Of a stretch of DNA of 63,845 nt, positions 41,821-51,419 are shown one piece after another. Numbering within the stretch: position 1 is the stretch's first letter; each line of letters starts with the position of its first letter. Origin of the DNA: an uncultured bacterium (lineage in GTDB: Bacteria > Patescibacteriota > Microgenomatia > UBA1400 > UBA12108). The DNA lies in contig CAJAUT010000019.1 in assembly GCA_903945195.1 (NCBI GenBank), positions 1 to 63,845 on the forward strand, given 5' to 3'. Position numbers and translations under genes: made by a program. A model generated the notes under the pieces. That model saw nothing but the letters and a program-made list of their open reading frames with translations. It did not search any database and was not told the DNA's origin.

Positions 41821-42903
41821 TCAAACTAACAACTTCCCCTCTTTCAGCACCACTTTACCATCGATAGTCAAAACACTGCCAGACAATCTCATATCCTTCA
41901 CTATATCCCAGTGGATTGCAGACTCATTCTCACCCCCGCCTTTCTTGCTCTTGTACGCACGCCCAAGAGCCATATGGATAGTGCCACCAATTTTTTCATC
42001 AAACAAAGTATTTAGCATCGCCCTTTTGATATTAAAGTTGGCGCCAATCGCAAACTCACCCAGGTATTTTGCCCCGTGATCTGTCTCTAGCATTTTTAGC
42101 AAGGCTTCCTCACCTTTATCAGCTGCTGCCTTGATCACTTTGCCGTCTTTAAAATGCAAATGGATCCCAGATACTTCAGTACCATATGCAAGAGTTGGCA
42201 GATCAAAATAAACCTCCCCATTTACCCCGTTTGTCACAGGTGCCAGGAAACACTCACCATCAGGTATATTGCAGTCGCCGTAGCACGCACACGCAGTCCT
42301 ACCTTCTATGTTTACATACAAGTCCGTCATCTTCCCAACCACATGGATCTCCTTGCCCTCATCCATCATTTTTTCCAGTGATTTCAGGTCCTTTTCCATT
42401 TTTTTATAGTCAACTAGCACACTATCAAAATAAAACTGCTTCAACCAGTCATATGCCACCCCTGCTTCCTGAGCCATGGCAGGTGTGGGATAGTATGTCA
42501 GCACCCAGCGCTCCGAGTCGATCATCGGGTCCATCAGTGGTCTCATCAGCTTGGAGCGGATCGCTAGTTTAGCCGGGTCAATTTGCGCAAGTTCTCGACT
42601 ATTAAATTCACTATAGATCCGGATATATGCGTCGGCCCAAGCCACTTTGGATTTCACCACTTCTTCAGGTACATAGTTTAGCTGCCAGTCATTGGCTTCT
42701 GTAAAAAAAGCATAGGACATGCCAGTAGCCTCGATATCAAACATAGGGTAAGCCCCGCGCTTGAGCACCTCTATAAACACAGCTTTGCCTAGCGGCATCC
42801 CGTCTTGCGACACGGTAATGAGCACATGTTCTTTGGCTTTTACTTTGACACTATGGTCAACAAGTATTTTGGCTAGTTCAAAGTCTTTTTCAGATGGATT
42901 CAT
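41821..42903 (-). CDS. aminopeptidase, M29 (AmpS/PepS) family
   Basis: The N-terminus LAKILVDHSVKVKAKEHVLI and the C-terminal GGTIHMALG...ESAIHWDIV block resemble M29 thermophilic aminopeptidases. Confidence 0.75.
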   Translation of the reverse strand: MNPSEKDFELAKILVDHSVKVKAKEHVLITVSQDGMPLGKAVFIEVLKRGAYPMFDIEATGMSYAFFTEANDWQLNYVPEEVVKSKVAWADAYIRIYSEFNSRELAQIDPAKLAIRSKLMRPLMDPMIDSERWVLTYYPTPAMAQEAGVAYDWLKQFYFDSVLVDYKKMEKDLKSLEKMMDEGKEIHVVGKMTDLYVNIEGRTACACYGDCNIPDGECFLAPVTNGVNGEVYFDLPTLAYGTEVSGIHLHFKDGKVIKAAADKGEEALLKMLETDHGAKYLGEFAIGANFNIKRAMLNTLFDEKIGGTIHMALGRAYKSKKGGGENESAIHWDIVKDMRLSGSVLTIDGKVVLKEGKLLV

Positions 42904-42927
42904 TGCAAAAGTATAACACGAGAGTAT

Positions 42928-44331
42928 TTACTTTTTAGTCAAAGTCAAAAGTACGCTATCGCTCTCATTTAGTGAGATATCTCTTTTCAAACTACTTCCT
43001 ACATTCACTTCAGTATTTAAAACTCGTCCTGAAAGATATTCTTCACGTACAACATAGTTACCAGCACTCAAACCCACCACTGTAATCGGGAATAGTTCAT
43101 CATGCGTGCCCACCGAATCATAATTTGTCGCAAGCACTCGCACCACTCCATTTGCATCATAACTAGCCATAGCAGTCACATAGGTACCATTTCCTACACT
43201 AGGCAGTTTTACCCCGTCTAGTTTAGACAACATTTCTAAAGCTTTAAATCTAGGTTTCTTTTCAACAGGTCCATACTTTGGATTGGTCAACATCCCCCAG
43301 CCGCCATGATATTTTTTATCTCCTGGGGCCCCGTCCATCACTTCAAATGCGAGTACCATATCTACCGCCGATGATTCCAGCGCCGTATTTACCGCCAAAA
43401 AATGTGCTCCAGCCCACCGCCCGTCATATGCGCTAGACCTCTCTGGATTTACCCCCCATTCAGATATATACAAATCTTGCGACCTAGAAATTCTCGTTTG
43501 CATCATCTCTTTAGCAGTTGTCACATCTTTTACAAAATCATCAATATTTGCGCTGTACCTGTGCCACGAAAAAAAGTCGATCCTCACAGTGCTATCCAAT
43601 TTGTCATAAAATCCAGTCACCCAAGCAGGATAAAACCCAGTCGTAGCAGGACCACCTATCTTAAAAGCCTTTGCACCTTTTACTCCATTTGCCGCATTGG
43701 CAGCTGTACTATAAAGAGTCACATAATTTTTAGTTCCATTCATCTTCCATCCACCAAACAAGTCCGGCTCATTCCAAACCTCATATATCACATTCTCCAG
43801 ACCGCCCTTATAATCACGCGAATAATGCCCGACCGTTGCAGCCACCACTTGCCCCCACTCTCCCCAATTCACCGGAAAATCCAAGATATCACTCTTTGAA
43901 ATAGCTGTAGGCATATAAGAAAGTGAAAAATATGGCTTTGCACCTGCCGCTACTATATCGCCCACAAGTGCATCTAGTTTGGTCCAGTTATATACCAGAC
44001 GGCCATCCTTTTTATCCACCACGCCATACCCATCATAGAGATGATCAATTCTCACGTATTTTGTGCCCACAGATTTCAGCATGCCGCTCGTTGCAGTCAT
44101 TCTAAAATCTGAGTCAGGTAATTTTTCAAATCCTTGCGACACTCCACTCCAGATTTTACGAATAGGTGCGCCAGGTTGTGACACATCCACCACAATTGCA
44201 GCAGTCTGGAAACTAGCACCCGTCATGAGCCTCCAAGCGTTTTGGGCCAAAGGAATCGTAAAAGGCAGTAGTGCCACAAGTCCAAAGACGATTGCCAAAG
44301 CTTTCCAATTTTTCTTCCAAAATTTCTGCAT
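42928..44331 (-). CDS. membrane-anchored clan GH-A glycoside hydrolase (GH5/GH39-like)
   Basis: N-terminal TM, acid/base YEVWNEPD, nucleophile YISEWG and a C-terminal beta-sandwich-like tail. Confidence 0.7.
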   Translation of the reverse strand: MQKFWKKNWKALAIVFGLVALLPFTIPLAQNAWRLMTGASFQTAAIVVDVSQPGAPIRKIWSGVSQGFEKLPDSDFRMTATSGMLKSVGTKYVRIDHLYDGYGVVDKKDGRLVYNWTKLDALVGDIVAAGAKPYFSLSYMPTAISKSDILDFPVNWGEWGQVVAATVGHYSRDYKGGLENVIYEVWNEPDLFGGWKMNGTKNYVTLYSTAANAANGVKGAKAFKIGGPATTGFYPAWVTGFYDKLDSTVRIDFFSWHRYSANIDDFVKDVTTAKEMMQTRISRSQDLYISEWGVNPERSSAYDGRWAGAHFLAVNTALESSAVDMVLAFEVMDGAPGDKKYHGGWGMLTNPKYGPVEKKPRFKALEMLSKLDGVKLPSVGNGTYVTAMASYDANGVVRVLATNYDSVGTHDELFPITVVGLSAGNYVVREEYLSGRVLNTEVNVGSSLKRDISLNESDSVLLTLTKK

Positions 44332-44402
44332 ATCTCTAGATTATCACAATAGCTGAGACAAAAATACTGCAATATTTGACAGTATGTAATATAATATAGG
44401 AT

Positions 44403-44990
44403 ATGAAATCATTCATTACAGGGCTCCTCACCATCTTGGCTATCGGAATCATAGGTTTTATTACCTTTAGATCCACTACTTCCTTCATGATCAAGATTTT
44501 TGGCTCTCCCTCACCCAGTGCCTATGTCTTCCCTTCCGAATCTCCAGTAGCTAGTTCCACGACAAAGGCTTCATCTACACCAGAAGAATCTGAAACACCA
44601 GTTAAAACCACCAAAGGTGGGATGCCCATAGAAGATACCAAAGTCAAAGGAGCTACAACCTACGCTCCCTCCACAAAGACCATCGTCACCACAACCACTC
44701 ACCTTACACTCACTCTCATCAAATCTAGTGTCTGCCCAGTCAGCTATATCACAGAAGTCAAAGATATTTCTGGCCCTCTTTCTTTAAAATATGTTCTTAA
44801 AGATGGCTATAGTTTTGGCATTACTGTCTGGAAAAGAGATGGTAGCGAAATCATTCAAAATACCACCTACTCAGGAAATTCTGGTTTAGTCAAAACCGTA
44901 GACGGTATCGATTACATGAAAGTCCGCATCGAATCCAAGTCTTGCTCAGGCAATTCCGACAACTGGCTCACCCTAACCGCAGAAAGATAA
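44403..44990 (+). CDS. membrane-anchored hypothetical protein with Ser/Thr-rich linker
   Basis: N-terminal TM helix, an S/T/P linker and a beta-rich C-terminal domain. No motif recognised. Confidence 0.5.
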   Translation: MKSFITGLLTILAIGIIGFITFRSTTSFMIKIFGSPSPSAYVFPSESPVASSTTKASSTPEESETPVKTTKGGMPIEDTKVKGATTYAPSTKTIVTTTTHLTLTLIKSSVCPVSYITEVKDISGPLSLKYVLKDGYSFGITVWKRDGSEIIQNTTYSGNSGLVKTVDGIDYMKVRIESKSCSGNSDNWLTLTAER

Positions 44991-44992
44991 TT

Positions 44993-45556
44993 TTAAGCCC
45001 TACTTACGTACTCGTCAGTTGCCGTATCGATGATGATTGTCTCGCCTTGTTTGATAAACAGCGGCACCATCACCTCTACCCCTGTCTCTATAGTCACTGT
45101 CTTTTTAGGAGCATTGACCGTGTTTCCAGCTACCGCGTCCGATGCCTCCGTCACTTTTACAGTGACTTTCAGGGGGAAACGTACACCTATTGGCTTACCT
45201 TCATAAAAACTCACAAACATCTTCATTTCTGCTAGTAGATACTTTTCCTTACCTTCAAATAAAGGTTTATCCACCTCAAACTGGTCATAAGTCTGTGGGT
45301 TCATAAAGTAATAGATATCACCATCACTATATAGGTACTGTAGCTCGACTGTGTCTACGTCGACTGTCTCCACCATTTCTGCAGATTTAAAGGTGTATTC
45401 GTAGACATTTCCCGTCTTTACGTTCTTCATGCGAGTACGAGCAAAAGCACTGCCCTTACCAGGAAAATAAAACTCACACTTTACGACCGCACATGGTTGA
45501 CCTTTATAAAGGACAAACACCCCGGTCTTTAGTTGATTTGCGCGCATTGTAGACAT
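44993..45556 (-). CDS. efp: elongation factor P
   Basis: KOW-like N-terminus with the modified-loop motif YFPGKGSAFARTRMKN. 187 aa. Confidence 0.93.
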   Translation of the reverse strand: MSTMRANQLKTGVFVLYKGQPCAVVKCEFYFPGKGSAFARTRMKNVKTGNVYEYTFKSAEMVETVDVDTVELQYLYSDGDIYYFMNPQTYDQFEVDKPLFEGKEKYLLAEMKMFVSFYEGKPIGVRFPLKVTVKVTEASDAVAGNTVNAPKKTVTIETGVEVMVPLFIKQGETIIIDTATDEYVSRA

Positions 45557-45579
45557 ATGGCGGATTATAACCCTGATTA

Positions 45580-45819
45580 CTAGCTTTCAGCAATCCTACC
45601 CATACCTATTAAAGTTTGATGTAAAAAATTCATATCACCGGATGAATACGACACTGATGCCGCAAAGCCAATTTTATATGCTTCACTCTCTATTTCAAAT
45701 TTTGCCCATCCTTTAGTAGGACCTCTAAATGATCCTTCACTTTCTGCCCCAGTTAATTGAATAATTTCCTGTTCTGTCAGTCCTAATTTTCTTAAATCTT
45801 CCATCCCAAATCCAGACAT
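45580..45819 (-). CDS. hypothetical protein between epmA and efp
   Basis: 79-aa ORF, same strand, with 15-nt and 23-nt gaps to epmA and efp. No motif recognised. Confidence 0.45.
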   Translation of the reverse strand: MSGFGMEDLRKLGLTEQEIIQLTGAESEGSFRGPTKGWAKFEIESEAYKIGFAASVSYSSGDMNFLHQTLIGMGRIAES

Positions 45820-45834
45820 AATTTATTCTCCTAT

Positions 45835-46914
45835 CTATATTATAGATATATTAAACAACTCCCCTACCGGGAAAAAGAGCGTATCTGCAATATCTGGAGC
45901 GTCTGCAAACAGCGCCACTAGCCTATCTACTCCCACCGCAATCCCCCCAGTTTCTGGCATCCCCATCTTCAAAGCCTCGATAAAGTCAGTATCCATTGGG
46001 TAAGCGAGTTTACCCTGAGCTTGCCGAAGGGCTAGATCAGCTAGACACCTAGCCTCCTGCTCTCTCCAGTCAGTCAGCTCCGAGAAACAATTGCCTAGCT
46101 CCATACCCGCCATAAACACTTCAAATCTCTCGGCAAATCTAGGATCACTCACTTTCTTTTTCGAAAGTGCTGCTTGGGACACTGGATAGTCATAAAGAAT
46201 AGTTGGGCCCTTTTGCCCGAGCTTTGGCTCTATCTCATTGGCGATTATTTGATTCCAGATTTCTTCCCAGGTTGTTTTTTCATCTACTTGATACCCACGC
46301 TGTTTGCCGCATGCCGTAAGCCGTTTGCCATCCAACATCGTCTCAGTGTCGATCCCTGCATATTTTTCAAATGCTTCAGCAACCGATATCCTCTCCCACG
46401 GTGCCTTCAAAGAGTATTCTTTCCCCTGGTACATCAAAATCTCCGATGCTCTGATTTGCTGATTCTCTGGCTTTCTGAGTTTTCCGATTGTCTGATTTAT
46501 CTTAATCATCAACCCCTCAAAGTCATGCGCCACGTCCATATAGTCACCTGGCGTCCTGTACCATTCAAGGATGCTAAATTCTGGGTTGTGTCGACTAGAT
46601 CTCCCTTCACCATTGCGAAAAGATTTAGTGATCGTAAATATAGACCCTGACCCAGCAGACAAGAGTTTTTTCATTGCAAACTCAGGAGAACTAGGCAAAA
46701 ATCCATCCCATTTATGACCTTGATCATCTACAAGTTTTGTCTTAAATACTTCTAAAAATGGCTCCGTACTAGGTGTGGGTAAAAGTAGTGGCACCTCGGC
46801 CTCATGAAATCCCTCACCCTTAAAATATGCGCGGATCGCATCGATCACTTTTTCCCTCACAAAATACTGTTTCCATAATTCTGGTTTTTCTTTCAATTTT
46901 TGAAACGTTTTCAT
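45835..46914 (-). CDS. epmA: EF-P lysine ligase EpmA/GenX-like (LysRS catalytic-core paralogue)
   Basis: Class II aaRS motif 2 (FRNGEGRSSRHNPEFSILEWY) and motif 3 (GGIAVGVDRLVALF), with no anticodon-binding domain. In the efp neighbourhood. Confidence 0.8.
   Translation of the reverse strand: MKTFQKLKEKPELWKQYFVREKVIDAIRAYFKGEGFHEAEVPLLLPTPSTEPFLEVFKTKLVDDQGHKWDGFLPSSPEFAMKKLLSAGSGSIFTITKSFRNGEGRSSRHNPEFSILEWYRTPGDYMDVAHDFEGLMIKINQTIGKLRKPENQQIRASEILMYQGKEYSLKAPWERISVAEAFEKYAGIDTETMLDGKRLTACGKQRGYQVDEKTTWEEIWNQIIANEIEPKLGQKGPTILYDYPVSQAALSKKKVSDPRFAERFEVFMAGMELGNCFSELTDWREQEARCLADLALRQAQGKLAYPMDTDFIEALKMGMPETGGIAVGVDRLVALFADAPDIADTLFFPVGELFNISII
46448..46497. repeat. DNA repeat inside epmA coding sequence (shared with nrdJ)
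   Basis: 46459-46477 is identical to 34508-34526. Encodes ..GKLRKPENQQIRA... The segment next to the shared core is read in a different frame from the nrdJ copy. Confidence 0.7.
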
Positions 46915-46967
46915 GCGATCTTCCAGATATATGAGTGATATAATGATTTAAATCATTATATCATTAA

Positions 46968-48023
46968 CTAGTAACGTAAGCGGGCTCCAACTTTTACTTT
47001 TTTGAGCAGTCTCTCGTCTGTTAGTAGTTTGCCGCATCCCCTCACGACTGCCGACATAGGCTCGTCAGTCACCCACACAGGCATACGGGTAGATTCTGAG
47101 ACCATCTTATCTAGCCCACGGATGAGAGATCCTCCTCCAGCCATAGTGATGCCGTGCTGGATGATATCAGATACTAGTTCTGGTGGAGTCTCTTCGAGCA
47201 CATCCATCACCGCTCGCACTATTTGCTGGATAGTAGGAGCTAAAGCCTCGCGTACTTCGGTCGCACTAAACTTCATCGACTTTGGTAGTCCATTGGATAG
47301 ATCTCTGCCACGCACCACAATCTGTAATTCTTTTTTGTCATCAGGCTCGACCGCGCTACCTATCTGCATCTTCACTTCTTCCGCTGTAGTATCGCCTAGT
47401 AGTAGTCCGTATTTCACGCGGGAAAAATGGATAATCGACTCAGTCAGTTCGTCCCCAGCAATTCGCAGAGATTTATTTAGCACAATTCCACCAAGCGATA
47501 GGATTGCGATCTCCGTAGTCCCACCACCTATGTCTATGATCATCTGTCCGCGGGGTTCATCTATCGGGAGTCCTGCCCCGATGGCTGCGGCCATCGGCTC
47601 TTCGACTAGATATGCCTCACGTGCTCCTGCCTGTATCGCTGCCTCAGATACAGCACGTCTTTCAACTTCGGTCACGCCCGAGGGTATGCCGATGATCACT
47701 TTAGGTCTAGGAATTTTAGCGATCCACGGCGAACTTTCATGTACTTGTTTAATATAAAAATTAAGCATCGCCTCAGCCCCGTCATAGTCAGCTATCACTC
47801 CGTCGCGTAGCGGACGTATAGCTTCTATAGCTTCTGGAGTTTTGCCGGCCATCAGTTTGGCTTCGGTTCCTATAGCTAGTACCGCGCCTGTTCTTTTATG
47901 CCGCGCGATATAGCTAGGCTCGCGGATCAGTATCCCTTTACCCTTTACAAAAACGAGTGTGTTTGCTGTCCCCAAATCTATCCCCATATCCTGCGAAAAA
48001 TACCCTAAAAGTGTATTCAACAT
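46968..48023 (-). CDS. mreB: rod shape-determining protein MreB
   Basis: Actin-fold phosphate motifs DLGTANT and DIGGGTTE. 351 aa. Confidence 0.93.
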   Translation of the reverse strand: MLNTLLGYFSQDMGIDLGTANTLVFVKGKGILIREPSYIARHKRTGAVLAIGTEAKLMAGKTPEAIEAIRPLRDGVIADYDGAEAMLNFYIKQVHESSPWIAKIPRPKVIIGIPSGVTEVERRAVSEAAIQAGAREAYLVEEPMAAAIGAGLPIDEPRGQMIIDIGGGTTEIAILSLGGIVLNKSLRIAGDELTESIIHFSRVKYGLLLGDTTAEEVKMQIGSAVEPDDKKELQIVVRGRDLSNGLPKSMKFSATEVREALAPTIQQIVRAVMDVLEETPPELVSDIIQHGITMAGGGSLIRGLDKMVSESTRMPVWVTDEPMSAVVRGCGKLLTDERLLKKVKVGARLRY

Positions 48024-48127
48024 GCCTCACATGATATCACACCTGCAGCTCAGATGAGCAAAATATCCAGATAAATACCTCATAAAACATCAAAAGATAT
48101 CAACTGAATTTCTGATATACTTTCTGT

Positions 48128-50086
48128 ATGCAGCCCCTTATCCAAACTACCATCTATCTCCTAACTATCTTTATCCCCCTCACCTTTACCATTCTAAACT
48201 CCGAACTCTTTGAATTCCCCAAATTTATCATCCTGTTATCAGGCACCATCGCAATTGCACTAGCATGGGGCTACCACATCTACAAATCAAAAGATTGGAA
48301 GATCTTTACCCCCAATTTTTTAAATTATTCCGTCCTGGCAGTACTAGCTACCCAAACTATCGCCACGATTTTTTCCATTCATCCATACACTAGTTTTTGG
48401 GGTTACTACTCACGTTTTCACGGTGGGCTTCTCACCACCATTTGCTACACCATCATCTATTTTGCAGCTCTTAAATGGATGGATACAAAATCTACTCAAA
48501 AACTTATAAAGATATCTATAGGCACAGCTATTTTAGTTGGCCTATATGCCATTCTAGAGCGCCTGGGTATAGACAAAAACTTCTGGGTCCAAGACGTGCA
48601 GAGTCGTCCCTTTTCCACGCTAGGTCAGCCCAATTGGTTAGCTGCCTACATGATCCCAAACATCTTTTTGGCACTATATCATAATGCATCAGGGAAAAAA
48701 TCTAGTTACTGGGGATATATAGTCACTATTGTTCTTATTGCTTCACTCGTTTTGACTCGCTCGCGCTCCGGACTCATCGGCTTTGCCCTTTCACTTCTCA
48801 CTTATTATGTATTACTGACTCGCCAGTTTAACTTTAGCAAAATCAAAAATCAGATTTATGTTTTCCTAGCTAGTTTTACGGTTCTTGCCATCGTCCTAGG
48901 CAATCCCTTTACCTCCTCAATCACCTCATATTTTACAAAAGTATCACCAGTCGTCGTCGCCCCATCAGGCACAGCTCTAGAAAATGGTGGTACAGAATCA
49001 GGTGATATCCGCAAGATTGTTTGGAGCGGTGCCCTAAAGCTCATCCAAAAATATCCTATCTTAGGCACGGGACCAGAAACATTCGCCTATACCTACTACT
49101 GGACTAGGCCCATCGCTCACAACATGACCTCCGAATGGGATTTCCTCTACAACAAAGCCCACAACGAATACCTAAATGTGGCTGCAGGCGCAGGTCTCAT
49201 CGGCCTTGCTGCCTATTTATCTTTTCACTTAGCTATGTTTATGGCAGGATTTGCCAAAGTCTCAAAATCCAAAAAAATAAACCAAGATGAGCTGGACGAT
49301 TTACGCCATCTATATCCTGTGTTGGGAGCTACTATTGTAGGTTTTGCAGTCACCAGCTTCTTTGGTTTTTCAGTGATCCCTGTGTACTTTATTACCATCA
49401 TCATCGCCACTTTACCAACCACTTTTAAAACCTCTGTAGCAGAATCAAATGACCCCCTAAACCCTTCTTATTACTTTGTACTGCCTGTATTACTTTTGTA
49501 TCCACTCACCATTTTCCTAGCCGATACAAATTATGCCAAAGGCAAAGCTTACCTAGACGCTGGCAAACCCGCAGTAGCTTTGCCATATCTACAAAAATCA
49601 GCTAATAATAGACTAGGGTTAGATCTCTACCAAGCCACCCTAGGTGAAGCATATAGCCAGCTAGGACAGGTAGATAGCGCTCTATCTCAACTAGATCTAA
49701 ACAAAAAATTAAACCCCTATCACCTCAATTTTTACAAATCTCGCGCCAAGATATATCTCACCCTTGCCAGCATCGATGCCAAATATCACACAGGGGCACT
49801 AGAGGAGCTTAAAAAAGCTAGAGAGCTAGCTCCCACCGATCCCAAGCTCGCCTACAATCTAGGGCTCGTCTATACAAGACTAGATGACCTATCTAGTGGA
49901 GAGGAGCAGCTGCGTGAGTCGATCGCGCTCAAACCCAACTACAGCGAGCCTTACTACGCCCTCACCCTACTCTACGAACAAGACAAAAAAACAGATCTCT
50001 TGCCAGACCTCCTCACCTCCGCCAAATCAAATCTCTCTACCTATAGTGCCCAGCTCAAAGACAAAATAGACAAATACTCAAAATAA
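48128..50086 (+). CDS. O-antigen ligase/polymerase-like membrane protein fused to C-terminal TPR repeats
   Basis: More than 10 TM helices with the LTRSRSGLIGF loop (Wzy_C-like). The C-terminal 200 aa or so carry TPR-type A/Y/L periodicity. Confidence 0.7.
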   Translation: MQPLIQTTIYLLTIFIPLTFTILNSELFEFPKFIILLSGTIAIALAWGYHIYKSKDWKIFTPNFLNYSVLAVLATQTIATIFSIHPYTSFWGYYSRFHGGLLTTICYTIIYFAALKWMDTKSTQKLIKISIGTAILVGLYAILERLGIDKNFWVQDVQSRPFSTLGQPNWLAAYMIPNIFLALYHNASGKKSSYWGYIVTIVLIASLVLTRSRSGLIGFALSLLTYYVLLTRQFNFSKIKNQIYVFLASFTVLAIVLGNPFTSSITSYFTKVSPVVVAPSGTALENGGTESGDIRKIVWSGALKLIQKYPILGTGPETFAYTYYWTRPIAHNMTSEWDFLYNKAHNEYLNVAAGAGLIGLAAYLSFHLAMFMAGFAKVSKSKKINQDELDDLRHLYPVLGATIVGFAVTSFFGFSVIPVYFITIIIATLPTTFKTSVAESNDPLNPSYYFVLPVLLLYPLTIFLADTNYAKGKAYLDAGKPAVALPYLQKSANNRLGLDLYQATLGEAYSQLGQVDSALSQLDLNKKLNPYHLNFYKSRAKIYLTLASIDAKYHTGALEELKKARELAPTDPKLAYNLGLVYTRLDDLSSGEEQLRESIALKPNYSEPYYALTLLYEQDKKTDLLPDLLTSAKSNLSTYSAQLKDKIDKYSK

Positions 50087-50101
50087 ATATAAACTAAGTA
50101 T

Positions 50102-50344
50102 ATGTTTTTACCTAAAGAAGAATTTAATACTCCAGCCAGCGATCCAAAAGTATTACAAAAAGTATTAAACCTAGTAGATGCCATTCAAAGCAGGGGAGAG
50201 ACTGGATTTGGAGAGAGAATTATTATCGCTTTTCAGAATATTCTTGGGATACACGGGAACATAAATGAAGGCGAAGAGGCAACAAAATTTATCAAAGAGA
50301 ACCCATTAGATACTAAAAAAGTAACTGATATATTGAAAAATTAA
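50102..50344 (+). CDS. hypothetical protein
   Basis: 80-aa ORF. No motif recognised. Confidence 0.35.
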   Translation: MFLPKEEFNTPASDPKVLQKVLNLVDAIQSRGETGFGERIIIAFQNILGIHGNINEGEEATKFIKENPLDTKKVTDILKN

Positions 50345-50372
50345 TCCACCCTCTTACCAGTTAAAATCCGAC

Positions 50373-50702
50373 TTAATTATTTTCGTTATTTTTAAAAATA
50401 TTCCTCATTCTTTCGCTAGGAGTTAGTTTGGAAATTGTTTCTATATTTCTTTGTACCTCCACCATTTGAGCACTAGCTGCAACTGAATCATATTTATATT
50501 GTTTAGTAGCTCGTTTAACTTGTTTCTGCCAAGCATTCCTCATTTCAATCTCTTCATTTGTTATTGGAGTTTTAGGGTTCTGCTCATCGCTCATGGCCCA
50601 AGTACTAAGTGATCTTCGAGCATTAAGAGTTCTTTGTTCGACATCAACATCGCCATCTTGGTTGCCAAAAAATAAACTTCTCAACGTTTCTTTTAATCCC
50701 AT
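50373..50702 (-). CDS. hypothetical protein
   Basis: 109-aa charged ORF convergent with 50102-50344. Confidence 0.4.
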   Translation of the reverse strand: MGLKETLRSLFFGNQDGDVDVEQRTLNARRSLSTWAMSDEQNPKTPITNEEIEMRNAWQKQVKRATKQYKYDSVAASAQMVEVQRNIETISKLTPSERMRNIFKNNENN

Positions 50703-50866
50703 ACATCCCCAAAAAATATATATCTATATCATACCATATCAGCCACAATCATTACTTGAATTTATTGGAGATTTCTTTTGCTTTTCTTATAGAAAGACCT
50801 TTCGCACTAATTCAGTAAAATATTGCAATGGAGTTTTTTTGATTTTTTGAACATTCATTTCAGTCA

Positions 50867-50953
50867 TTACCCTAGGGCTAAATTTTCGTTCATCCCTTTA
50901 CGATATTTATCAAACAATCCCTTAGTATTTTCACCTCTCATTATTGAATTCAT
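50867..50953 (-). CDS. 28-aa mini-ORF, truncated paralogue of 50990-51190
   Basis: AAAGGAGGG SD. The N-terminus MNSIMRGEN parallels MNAVMQGEG of the upstream gene. Preceded by the same 20-nt leader block. Confidence 0.3.
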   Translation of the reverse strand: MNSIMRGENTKGLFDKYRKGMNENLALG

Positions 50954-50969
50954 ATCAAACCCTCCTTTG

Positions 50970-50989
50970 TTATAACTAACCTCAAATAT
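50970..50989. repeat. 20-nt leader block TTATAACTAACCTCAAATAT, copy 1
   Basis: Identical to 51210-51229, exactly 240 nt away. Each copy precedes an SD and a small ORF on the minus strand. Confidence 0.75.
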
Positions 50990-51190
50990 TCACTCTAGGC
51001 CTTGCATGACCATTTTAGCTTGATTAAATGACACTCCTTGTCTCAACATTTTTGCCCATGTTTGCAATTGCTTTTCCGAATATGGCCGCACTGATACATA
51101 CTCGTGCAATACTTTTGGTACATGTAGCATAGGTTGCGGCACTGATTTCATCGAAGTTGGAAATCCCTCACCCTGCATCACGGCATTCAT
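50990..51190 (-). CDS. small hypothetical protein (66 aa)
   Basis: GGGAGGAG SD before the ATG at 51190. No motif recognised. Confidence 0.45.
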   Translation of the reverse strand: MNAVMQGEGFPTSMKSVPQPMLHVPKVLHEYVSVRPYSEKQLQTWAKMLRQGVSFNQAKMVMQGLE

Positions 51191-51209
51191 TTTATATCTC
51201 CTCCCTTTT

Positions 51210-51229
51210 TTATAACTAACCTCAAATAT
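51210..51229. repeat. 20-nt leader block TTATAACTAACCTCAAATAT, copy 2
   Basis: Identical to 50970-50989. Confidence 0.75.
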
Positions 51230-51419
51230 ACATACATTCTAAATATATGCAACATCCCCCAGCTCCCAGATTATCCTCGACAAAAAAAGCCCAATATGTT
51301 AATCTAATCTCATGAAAAAGACTATGCTCAAACTATTACATGAGCCAAGTCTCAGTACCATTTGTATGGTCAAACTAATCCCCCTTAAAGCCAAAAAATA
51401 ACTTATTTAGGAATTAACT

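Noticed and set aside
41483-42079. 198-aa plus-strand ORF spanning the polyprenyl synthase / aminopeptidase junction
   Set aside because: It is antisense to two confidently assigned genes. Its Ser/Ile/Leu-rich composition is typical of shadow frames. The same reasoning applies to 43402-43899, 56423-56983, 55781-56233 and 21529-21960.
47002-47757. 251-aa plus-strand ORF opposite mreB
   Set aside because: It is a Ser/Pro/Ile-rich shadow frame antisense to a gene with unambiguous MreB motifs. It has no SD or motifs of its own.
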